DNA of 64,000 nt from an uncultured Candidatus Saccharibacteria bacterium (GTDB lineage: Bacteria > Patescibacteriota > Saccharimonadia > Saccharimonadales > JAGQNJ01), in the NCBI GenBank assembly GCA_964510945.1, contig CAZEED010000004.1:1250-65249 (forward strand), given 5' to 3'. Each line of letters begins with the position of its first letter. Position 1 is the first letter of the stretch. Of this stretch, positions 48,990 through 56,040 are shown one piece after another. A model generated the notes under the pieces. That model searched no databases. It was not told the DNA's origin and saw nothing but the letters and a program-made list of their open reading frames with translations. The position numbers were made by a program, and so were the translations under genes.

Positions 48990-49631
48990 TCAGTATAGCG
49001 TAGTAGCCGGAAAACCAGCTCTATCGTGAGCAAATTGGAGCTTCTTCTCTAGTTTTTCTCTATGGGCCCCATAAACCCGCGAACCCAGCTTCACAACGCC
49101 ATTTTCATCAACAACCGGAATACAGCCAAAAATACTAAGTTTAGACATTTGGCGTTCCAAAACTAATCTTCTTCTGGCAAAATCTTTTATTGCCTTCTCA
49201 ACTAAACCGCTTTCGCATATTAGATATATCAATTGATCCTGGTGGGCCACTCTCTCTTCTTCGCTCAGTACTTCTGCGCTTCGAATAGTACCTTGAGCAT
49301 CATATATTGCTCTTACAAAATCGCTAGTAACAACAGATTGTCTATCGTTTGGCTCTATAGTGGTAAGAATCGTCTGCCAGCCCTGTCCTTTTAGACCATA
49401 TTTTATTGTCAATATACTATCGACGTCCTCTTGTGGAACTTTCTCGCCAAACTCAGGTAATTGGAGTACCGTACACGCTGATGCGCCATTAGGTAAGTAA
49501 TCGCTGTCTAATGCTTCAAACATTGCCAGCCGGTCAAGATGTTCGCCCGAGGTTGATGATAAAAAAACATCCCTCGGATGGGATGTTGCTGGCTCTGACT
49601 GTTGTCCAGTTGGCGGTTGTATAATTGCCAT
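48990..49631 (-). CDS. Hypothetical protein
   Basis: ORF only. Confidence 0.45.
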   Translation of the reverse strand: MAIIQPPTGQQSEPATSHPRDVFLSSTSGEHLDRLAMFEALDSDYLPNGASACTVLQLPEFGEKVPQEDVDSILTIKYGLKGQGWQTILTTIEPNDRQSVVTSDFVRAIYDAQGTIRSAEVLSEEERVAHQDQLIYLICESGLVEKAIKDFARRRLVLERQMSKLSIFGCIPVVDENGVVKLGSRVYGAHREKLEKKLQFAHDRAGFPATTLY

Positions 49632-49680
49632 ACTGAGACTTTATTGTAACAAATAACTAATGCTTTTGCAAAATTTATTT

Positions 49681-49700
49681 TGGTGTCGGTGGCTGGAATT
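49681..49700 (-). repeat. Copy of the 3' end of the adjacent CAT tRNA (19/20 nt)
   Basis: TGGTGTCGGTGGcTGGAATT versus TGGTGTCGGTGGtTGGAATT at 49755..49774. The copy lies 54 nt beyond the tRNA 3' end. Confidence 0.7.
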
Positions 49701-49754
49701 CCTCATCAATCAAAAATCCTTCATAGCACTGCCGAAAGGTAGAGCGACGAAGGA

Positions 49755-49831
49755 TGGTGTCGGTGGTTGGAATTGAACCAACGACCTCAGGCTTATGAGT
49801 CCTGCGCTCTAACCAACTGAGCTACACCGAC
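49755..49831 (-). tRNA. tRNA with CAT anticodon (elongator Met or lysidine-dependent Ile2; not distinguishable by eye), CCA encoded
   Basis: Hand-folded: acceptor GTCGGTG/CACCGAC, D arm GCTC/GAGC, anticodon arm CAGGA-CTCATAA-GCCTG (31:39 A.G), T arm GTTGG-TTCAATT-CCAAC. Confidence 0.88.
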
Positions 49832-49989
49832 ATGGTTACCGACAGGGGTAAATATATCATATCTTAGCTTTTGATACTAGATTGCATGTCATACTTTCTC
49901 CATCAGCAGAGAAATTATGCAAAGATGCCGTGCCGACTGCTTATTCTTGATATAGCTTCTGATCAATAACTACAACAGCCTGCGGAACG

Positions 49990-50355
49990 ACGAGCGCCCC
50001 GAATAGTTCTTTTAGTGTAATTATTCGGGGTAGTCCTCGGCTAACTAGTTGTAGTATTGACGAAGTTATTCAAGAAAAACAGAGGCAGTACTATTAGTTA
50101 TACTCATAAAATACTGGCCATAAGCCAGATTACAATAGTGAAACTAAGCTTTGGGATGGGCCTCTGATTGGTCCTGAGTAGATGTTGTGAAAAGTAGGCG
50201 CCCTTGGGCGCGAGGACTGTTTGAGATATGAATATGCCTGGTGGCATATTCATATTGAGTTCCACAGCGAGCCTACTTTTTATCAACAGATACATCAAGA
50301 GCTATCATCTGGCCCGCTGGTTTTATATTACTTTTGACTAAACAAAAGTAATGAT
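49990..50355 (+). ncRNA. Candidate structured RNA of unknown class
   Basis: Gene-free stretch with long perfect helices: 49997..50008/50019..50030; 50032..50039/50211..50218; 50190..50199/50271..50280; 50226..50238/50243..50255; 50327..50336/50343..50352. The helix extensions need G.U pairs that exist only on the + strand. Confidence 0.35.
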
Positions 50356-50387
50356 ATCACGGGATTAAATCCGTAAAGATAGGATTT

Positions 50388-50561
50388 TTAGTCCTCTATA
50401 TATTGGCCAACCTTATAACCAACCCAGATTCCGATAATTGTACCAACAAAGCCGCAAAGCAGACTCCAACCCGACAACATATTATTATTACCAAAAATAG
50501 CCGGTACATAAGCACCGGCTAGCCCACCGATTGAAGCAAAAATATATATAAATATTTTCAA
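50388..50561 (-). CDS. Small (57 aa) two-TM Gly-rich membrane protein, TTG start (tentative)
   Basis: Own translation: (M)KIFIYIFASIGGLAGAYVPAIFGNNNMLSGWSLLCGFVGTIIGIWVGYKVGQYIED*. It is preceded by a 25-codon ORF (50574..50651, MGDLTYEVVETDNVAIREVDSILFS*) that has a GGAG RBS. Confidence 0.4.
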   Translation of the reverse strand: MKIFIYIFASIGGLAGAYVPAIFGNNNMLSGWSLLCGFVGTIIGIWVGYKVGQYIED

Positions 50562-50723
50562 CTTATTTCTCGGTTAACTGAAAAGTATGCTGTCTACTTC
50601 TCTTATTGCTACATTGTCTGTTTCGACAACTTCATAAGTAAGATCGCCCATAGTTTTGGACTCCTTTTTGTTTTGTTAGTTTGTTAATTTTTTGTTTTGT
50701 TTTAATTTAAAACTGTACTTAAC

Positions 50724-50751
50724 ATTATACATAAGAACTTTAATTTGTCAA
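50724..50751 (-). promoter_or_regulatory. Consensus promoter for the small-ORF pair
   Basis: Minus strand: TTGACA (50746..50751), 16 nt spacer, TATAAT (50724..50729). Confidence 0.55.
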
Positions 50752-50779
50752 ATACTTTTTTTATTTCATAGCATGCTTA

Positions 50780-50808
50780 TTGACATCTGTTATCTGTAAT
50801 GTTAGTAT
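50780..50808 (+). promoter_or_regulatory. Promoter of the initiator-like tRNA
   Basis: TTGACA (50780..50785), 17 nt spacer, TAGTAT (50803..50808), about 40 nt upstream of the tRNA. Confidence 0.6.
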
Positions 50809-50850
50809 TTGAACTGCTCTGGATAGTTTTTGATCGTCATCCAGACGATA

Positions 50851-50925
50851 TGCGGGATGGAGCAGCGGCAGCTCGCGTGGCTCATAACCACGAGGTCGTA
50901 GGTTCGAGTCCTACTCCCGCAACCA
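50851..50925 (+). tRNA. tRNA-Met CAT, probably initiator (fMet), CCA encoded
   Basis: Hand-folded: acceptor TGCGGGA/TCCCGCA, D arm GAGC/GCTC with A11:U24, anticodon arm CGTGG-CTCATAA-CCACG, T arm GTAGG-TTCGAGT-CCTAC. It is close overall to E. coli tRNA-fMet (..GGAGCAGC..GCTCG..GGCTCATAACC..AGGTCG..CCCGCAACCA). Confidence 0.88.
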
Positions 50926-51118
50926 AGAAAAGAGACTTGTCATTTTGACAGGTCTTTTTTCTTGGTCGGAAGTTGGGCTCGAAGCTACGACCGAGTAGAG
51001 GTCCTAGGTGAAAACAGCCCGATGGCTGTTTGCAAGAGAATGTTCACCTGACAGCTGTGCTGTCTTGGCAGAACTTCTGGGCCCGCAGAATGTGGGCGAG
51101 TCCTGGTCCCGCAACCAA
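50919..51118 (+). repeat. 200-bp direct repeat, copy 1 (tRNA end core + trailer unit B1)
   Basis: Compared base by base with 52696..52895 and found identical. Confidence 0.9.
50933..50960 (+). terminator. Terminator after the initiator-like tRNA (second identical copy at 52710..52737)
   Basis: AGACTTGTC-ATTTT-GACAGGTCT followed by TTTTT. Confidence 0.7.
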
Positions 51119-51307
51119 AATATGAACCTCATCGTAAGCTGGGGTTTTTATTTTGGTTATGGGGCTTAGGGCCGAACTGGACATCCTGAGGTCCCAGGGG
51201 AGAACTGCCATGGTGGCAGTTCGGAAGAGAACAAACTCTTGAAAACTGGTTTTCAAAGATGTTTTTCTGGGGTCGCGGAACGTGACCGAGTCCTGGTCCC
51301 GCAACCA
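51118..51307 (+). other. Non-coding unit B2 ending in the same tRNA-end mimic
   Basis: Ends ...TTCTGGGGTCGCGGAACGTGACCGAGTCCTGGTCCCGCAACCA, homologous to the end of B1. It contains the hairpin GAACTGCCA-TGG-TGGCAGTTC. Confidence 0.6.
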
Positions 51308-51956
51308 ATCATAAGCAAATTTGTTACCTCTGCAAAAAGAGGTTTTTTACTTTACTTCTATATGTTTAACAATTGTGTCCACAACAGTTTCTACAGGCTG
51401 AGAGCTATCTATAAGGATTGCTCCAGTCGTGCGTTCATATTCTTTAGAGCGTTCATTCCAGTCAATTAGACCCTGTAATTCAGCAGAGCCGTCAACCCAT
51501 CGCTCTGGCTCACGAGCTTGCAAACGCACTATCAAAGTAGGTGTATCTACGAAGAGGCCGAAACGTTTATCAAATAAGTGGTGAAAATCTTTCTGGTTAT
51601 GTGCTCCTCCGACGATAAATACAGGTTCCTCACCTGCTTCACGTGCCAACTCCTCAAACCTAAGGACATCCCATAGCCATGCATGAGTATCTACCCACTC
51701 TTTCGGAAATGGTTGTGATGGTGCTTCTACCTTCTTGCCAGTCTCCTTGTTCACCCACGCACTTAAACCAGGCTCAAAGTCAGTCTCTACAACCTTGAGA
51801 CCTCGTTTTTGTAATTCCCTACCGGCATGGCTCTTGCCGGAACCAGAGGGACCAGAAATGTGATATAAAGGCACGCTTTATATTATACCTATAATTGTTT
51901 CCATCTGGTCAATCCAGCAAGCAATCCGTTCCAATTCGAGTGAACCTTGGCAACCA
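51308..51956. mobile_element. Cassette-like unit A (R2 arm ... P-loop gene ... L2 arm)
   Basis: Starts ATCATAAGCAAATTTGTTACCTCTGCAAAAAGAGGTTTTTT and ends ...CCAATTCGAGTGAACCTTGGCAACCA. Confidence 0.4.
51347..51874 (-). CDS. P-loop NTPase, nucleoside/nucleotide kinase-like
   Basis: ISGPSGSGKSHAGREL Walker A; about 175 aa. Confidence 0.7.
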   Translation of the reverse strand: MPLYHISGPSGSGKSHAGRELQKRGLKVVETDFEPGLSAWVNKETGKKVEAPSQPFPKEWVDTHAWLWDVLRFEELAREAGEEPVFIVGGAHNQKDFHHLFDKRFGLFVDTPTLIVRLQAREPERWVDGSAELQGLIDWNERSKEYERTTGAILIDSSQPVETVVDTIVKHIEVK

Positions 51957-52702
51957 ATCATAAGCAAAGATTTGTCCTCTGTAAAAGAAGGTTGATTTAG
52001 TTAATTTTGCTATGATTAGAAAATGCAGATAAAAACTGTGCTGTTCGACATAGGGGGCGTACTTACACCGGATCCTTATGAATCAATCCTTCTACACGAA
52101 GAACATGGACTGGGACACGATTTAAATCTAACGAAAGAAGAGCTATCCAAGAAACTCAGCGTCGTATGGGAAAAATATGCCACAACTGACAACACAAGCG
52201 AAACTGAGTTCTGGGATGAGGTAAATCAAACCATTGGGACCAAGTTAAGAGAAGAAGATATTGTGGCAGTACGACGCAAGGTCATTATCCCTAATTCAGA
52301 AACTAATACAGTATTCAGCTTTCTCACAGATAAAGGTATTCGACTGGGTATTATCTCAAATAACACTTCTTTCTTTTATGAGCTACAAGCAAGCATGCTG
52401 CCTATTAAAAAGTATATTGATGCTAATCTTATCTTTCTCTCTCAAGAAGAACATTGCAGGAAATCAGATGGGTTGTTTGAAGTTGCCGCAGAAGCCCTTG
52501 ACCCAAAAAGTACTTTTGTAATCGACGACCGAGTCAGTAACGTTGAATACGCAAAAAAGCTTGGTTTTGACGGCGAGGTCTATTCAATGGAAGACGGCGA
52601 TTCCCTGCTCTCACTAGTCCAACGCATACTTGTTAGATAACTCCTCCCACCTAGCCAACTCCTCCAACAACTCGTTCCAATTCGAATGTACTAGGGCAAC
52701 CA
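51957..52702. mobile_element. Cassette-like unit B (R2 arm ... HAD gene ... L2 arm)
   Basis: Starts ATCATAAGCAAAGATTTGTCCTCTGTAAAAGAAGG and ends ...CCAATTCGAATGTACTAGGGCAACCA. Confidence 0.4.
52023..52640 (+). CDS. HAD-superfamily hydrolase
   Basis: Motif I VLFDIGGVL; ISNN (motif II region); ...VIDDR (motif IV). Confidence 0.8.
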   Translation: MQIKTVLFDIGGVLTPDPYESILLHEEHGLGHDLNLTKEELSKKLSVVWEKYATTDNTSETEFWDEVNQTIGTKLREEDIVAVRRKVIIPNSETNTVFSFLTDKGIRLGIISNNTSFFYELQASMLPIKKYIDANLIFLSQEEHCRKSDGLFEVAAEALDPKSTFVIDDRVSNVEYAKKLGFDGEVYSMEDGDSLLSLVQRILVR

Positions 52703-52895
52703 AGAAAAGAGACTTGTCATTTTGACAGGTCTTTTTTCTTGGTCGGAAGTTGGGCTCGAAGCTACGACCGAGTAGAGGTCCTAGGTGAAAACAGCCCGAT
52801 GGCTGTTTGCAAGAGAATGTTCACCTGACAGCTGTGCTGTCTTGGCAGAACTTCTGGGCCCGCAGAATGTGGGCGAGTCCTGGTCCCGCAACCAA
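52696..52895 (+). repeat. 200-bp direct repeat, copy 2 (unit B1')
   Basis: Identical to 50919..51118. Confidence 0.9.
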
Positions 52896-53692
52896 TCATA
52901 AGCAAATATTTTGCCTCTGTAAAAGGAGGTCTTTTTTAGTAACCTCCTACACCCTCTTCTGGTTGGTCGTAATATTGTGCCTTAAAATGCTCAATCATCG
53001 TCTCAAATATCTCTCTGATGTGAGGGGAGCTCCTCTCGATTACATCTTTGTACTTGTCGCAAAAAGACTGATAATTTATATTTAAAATGCGGTATGGTCG
53101 CCATTCATCCATTTCGCCCATAATTAATGCCTGCACTTTATCAACGGTCCATACAAACACAGCCTCGTCATCTTCCTTATCTTCATAACTCTGCATTGCT
53201 ACCACGAGACCACCGAAGTCTGCAAACTCGCCAGATAGCACTTCGAGTGCTACCGCTTCATCTTCAACTTTTTGTTGGCGTTCTGCATCGCTGGCAAATG
53301 CATTCACATCACCTGCTCGAGCTTCAATAAGGTCATGAGCAAGTGCATACTTCAGTACTTTAGCTTCATCAAGTTCTAAATTATACTTTTCAAGAATAAA
53401 CCAGCTCATCAGCGTAACCGCCAAGGTATGCTCACAGTCGTTTTCTCGGCGTTCAGTACCTGCTAGAAAATGGTTTCGGCCTACAAGCGAGAAGTCAATA
53501 ACAAGTTGCTGGACAAAATATAGCGTGGGGTCAGGTGCCTCACCCATTGCGGGCTGAGTCTTCCTTTCATGCTCAGGGTCTATCATAGTATCTAAATACT
53601 AGACTATGGTGTAGAAACCGCAAGCTTGAGCATCTTCCACCTAACCAGCTCCTCTAGCACAATGCTCCAATTCGAATACACTAGGGCAACCA
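52895..53692. mobile_element. Cassette-like unit C (R2 arm ... HD gene ... L2 arm)
   Basis: Starts ATCATAAGCAAATATTTTGCCTCTGTAAAAGGAGGTCTTTTTT and ends ...CCAATTCGAATACACTAGGGCAACCA. Confidence 0.4.
52936..53586 (-). CDS. HD-domain phosphohydrolase (paralogue of 2842..3453)
   Basis: ENDCEHTLAVTLMSWF...LKYALAHDLIEARAGD. Confidence 0.75.
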   Translation of the reverse strand: MIDPEHERKTQPAMGEAPDPTLYFVQQLVIDFSLVGRNHFLAGTERRENDCEHTLAVTLMSWFILEKYNLELDEAKVLKYALAHDLIEARAGDVNAFASDAERQQKVEDEAVALEVLSGEFADFGGLVVAMQSYEDKEDDEAVFVWTVDKVQALIMGEMDEWRPYRILNINYQSFCDKYKDVIERSSPHIREIFETMIEHFKAQYYDQPEEGVGGY

Positions 53693-53735
53693 AATAAGAG
53701 CTGGCAGTGATAGATTGTTCCTAAGGTTTATATTA

Positions 53736-54065
53736 TTAAGGATTAAAAAATTCTTGGCCAGCTATACCCAAGACTACGTTGCCAGCTACTCTAATCTCAT
53801 TAGTTATCGTGGTAGACATAGTTGCTAACCGATCAGGATACCCCTCCGGATCTTTTTGAAATCGTTCCGCAATATCAGGATCGACCACTAAAACAGCATG
53901 GCCATAATGACCTTCATCACCCCTAACACCTCTTGACATTGGACCAAAGAATTTTCCAGTAGCTCGCTCGCCAAGATGCGTTTTTACGATTTGATCTAGT
54001 AACAACCTATCTTCGGAAGTTGGTTTTGGCTGGCGCTTTAGCTTCTCTGGTCCAACATCTGACAT
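53736..54065 (-). CDS. Hypothetical protein
   Basis: ORF only. Confidence 0.4.
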   Translation of the reverse strand: MSDVGPEKLKRQPKPTSEDRLLLDQIVKTHLGERATGKFFGPMSRGVRGDEGHYGHAVLVVDPDIAERFQKDPEGYPDRLATMSTTITNEIRVAGNVVLGIAGQEFFNP

Positions 54066-54165
54066 AACTTCATTCTAACAGACGTGGATATGATAAAAAA
54101 TTACCGCAAATAAACTCACTTGGTAACTATATAAGTTTAACGAGCATAGCTATATACTTTTACTA

Positions 54166-55341
54166 ATGCCTTATCACGGAAAATCCCTGCCACATCTAAA
54201 ACCAACTCACGAAATAGTGGTAACGAGAATGCTATTCACGCTTGGGTTAGCTGCAACAACTGTTGGCGTACCGCTTTATCTAATACAGCTAGGCATGAAA
54301 GACTCCTCGATCGGAATATTTATAGGTATCATATCGCTACTAATCGCGATAATTTCTCTGCTACTGCCACCCGTCTTTGAAAAGTTTAATCAGCTCAGAT
54401 TAAATATCCTCAGCTCCATATTTACTGGTTTGTCATTTATTTTATTCAGTTATTCAAATAGTCCTGTTACGGCTTTATTATTTATCTTTGCTTCTAACCT
54501 GAGCATCACCATTAACTTATATTCATTGAGTATTTTATTTAAAGATTCTACTAGGACCAAGCAAGAATTCACACGCGACACCGGTATGATGGGCTCACTA
54601 ATTAATCTGAGTTGGTTTATCGGCCCTCTGCTGGGTGGACTAATGCTGAATTATGCTGGCATTAATGGGCTTTTTATTCTTGCGGGAGCATTATGTATTC
54701 TCAGCGGAATATTTGTTGTAATTTTGCCTTTTAAAACTATAGTTAAACAGCGCGCTGTAATTGATGGCAATCTAGTTGAAAACCTAAAGTTTTATTTGAG
54801 TAAACCAATGCTTAGAATCGCTTACTTTCAACGAATGGGAATTACTCTGTGGTGGGGATTTATTTGGACTTTTATCCCGATTTTTATGGTCAGGAATAAT
54901 TATAGTGCGGCGAGTATCGGCTTGTTTATCGGCATATCGCAACTTCCGCTATTCTTATTTGAATTTAAAACTGTGGATATTTTGTCGAGAGTAAGCTACA
55001 GAACTGTTTTTTTATTAAGTTATCTCTTTCTTAGCCTTGTTTGTCTTATCGCATTCTTCAGCCCGATATTTAGTATTTCACTATTTGTATTATTTTTGGG
55101 TTCGTTTGCACTCAGTTTTCTTGAGCCTATCATAGACCTTTTCTTTTTTGATCAAGTATCAAAATTAGAAGAAGAAAAGACCTATCCAATATATGGTACA
55201 TCTAGCCTAATCGGTAGTACGGCTGCAAAAATTGGCGTTGGAGCAGGATTAGTAATATTCGCCGATCAAGCAGCTTTTATAATTATCGCGATTTTGATGT
55301 TATTAATCGCCGTCAATGCCACAAAAATCAGGTTTAACTAA
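54166..55341 (+). CDS. MFS transporter
   Basis: About 12 TM segments in a 6+6 layout with a central loop. Confidence 0.8.
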   Translation: MPYHGKSLPHLKPTHEIVVTRMLFTLGLAATTVGVPLYLIQLGMKDSSIGIFIGIISLLIAIISLLLPPVFEKFNQLRLNILSSIFTGLSFILFSYSNSPVTALLFIFASNLSITINLYSLSILFKDSTRTKQEFTRDTGMMGSLINLSWFIGPLLGGLMLNYAGINGLFILAGALCILSGIFVVILPFKTIVKQRAVIDGNLVENLKFYLSKPMLRIAYFQRMGITLWWGFIWTFIPIFMVRNNYSAASIGLFIGISQLPLFLFEFKTVDILSRVSYRTVFLLSYLFLSLVCLIAFFSPIFSISLFVLFLGSFALSFLEPIIDLFFFDQVSKLEEEKTYPIYGTSSLIGSTAAKIGVGAGLVIFADQAAFIIIAILMLLIAVNATKIRFN

Positions 55342-55413
55342 CGAGATTACCATTAAAAATTATTGACGAAAAGGCGTATAATAGAGGTATAAATTAATCG
55401 AGGAGGTTCTATC

Positions 55414-55815
55414 ATGGCCAAAAATAACAGTGATGTAAGCGGTTGGATGGGTTGGATTGGCTTTGCCAGTCTAATGATGATGCTGGCGGGAGTATTCCAT
55501 ATTATTGCAGGGTTTGTAGCGTTATTTCAGGAAGACGTGTACATTGCAGCGCCGAGCAGTCTTTGGGTGTTCGATTACAGTCAATGGGGCTGGATTCACA
55601 TTCTAGGAGGCTTTTTAGCACTAATGGCTGCTGGTTCGCTAATGCAAGGCAAGTTATTTGGCCGAACACTAGTAATTCTAGTCGCAATGGCTAGCGCGAT
55701 TGCTAACATGGCTTTCGTACCAGTCTATCCTGTATGGTCGCTACTAATCATAACAATTGACGTACTTGTCATATGGGCCGTCGCAGTTCACGGTGGCGAG
55801 CTAAAAGAGCTTTAA
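55414..55815 (+). CDS. Four-TM membrane protein (Trp/Gly-rich; actinobacterial DUF-type)
   Basis: WMGWIGFASLMMMLAGVFHIIAGFVALF...WGWIHILGG; AGGAGG RBS. Confidence 0.6.
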   Translation: MAKNNSDVSGWMGWIGFASLMMMLAGVFHIIAGFVALFQEDVYIAAPSSLWVFDYSQWGWIHILGGFLALMAAGSLMQGKLFGRTLVILVAMASAIANMAFVPVYPVWSLLIITIDVLVIWAVAVHGGELKEL

Positions 55816-55838
55816 AAAATAGTCCAACCACTATCTCT

Positions 55839-55870
55839 AAAATACCCCTCTTATAAAAGAGGGGTATTTT
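55839..55870 (+). terminator. Strong hairpin terminator
   Basis: AAAATACCCCTCTT-ATAA-AAGAGGGGTATTTT, a 14-bp stem with A/T runs on both sides, so it could act in both directions. Confidence 0.7.
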
Positions 55871-55988
55871 AATTAGTACTAAGGACGTTGCAGACTTATA
55901 AAAAGCTAAAATTAATCATGGTGGCAATTACATGAGCCAGAGTTAGGGGTCGCACTTTATACAACACACCAACAAAACATTCACATAA

Positions 55989-56018
55989 AATGAGTCCTGG
56001 TTTTATCCAAGACTCATT
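55989..56018 (-). terminator. Hairpin downstream of 56041..57210
   Basis: AATGAGTC / GACTCATT 8-bp stem, followed on the minus strand by TTTATGTG. Confidence 0.45.
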
Positions 56019-56040
56019 CTTTATAAGCAATCTATTGTAC

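Noticed and set aside
49990-50355. Possible RNase P RNA or tmRNA assignment for the structured region
   Set aside because: A hairpin followed by GGGGUAGUCCUCGGCU and a distal complementary strand mimics P3/P4. However, the invariant AGGAAAGUCC and ACAGAA elements are missing, and helix 50190/50271 crosses the would-be P4. There is no tRNA-like 3' end and no plausible tag ORF ending in hydrophobic Ala-rich residues for a tmRNA. It is kept as 'unknown class'.
51044-51304. 86-aa minus-strand ORF, and the 92-aa + ORF at 52807..53085
   Set aside because: Both lie inside the non-coding repeat units B1/B2/B1' and run across the tRNA-end mimics. The second also overlaps the 3' end of the HD gene. 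There is no RBS, and composition is dictated by the repeats.
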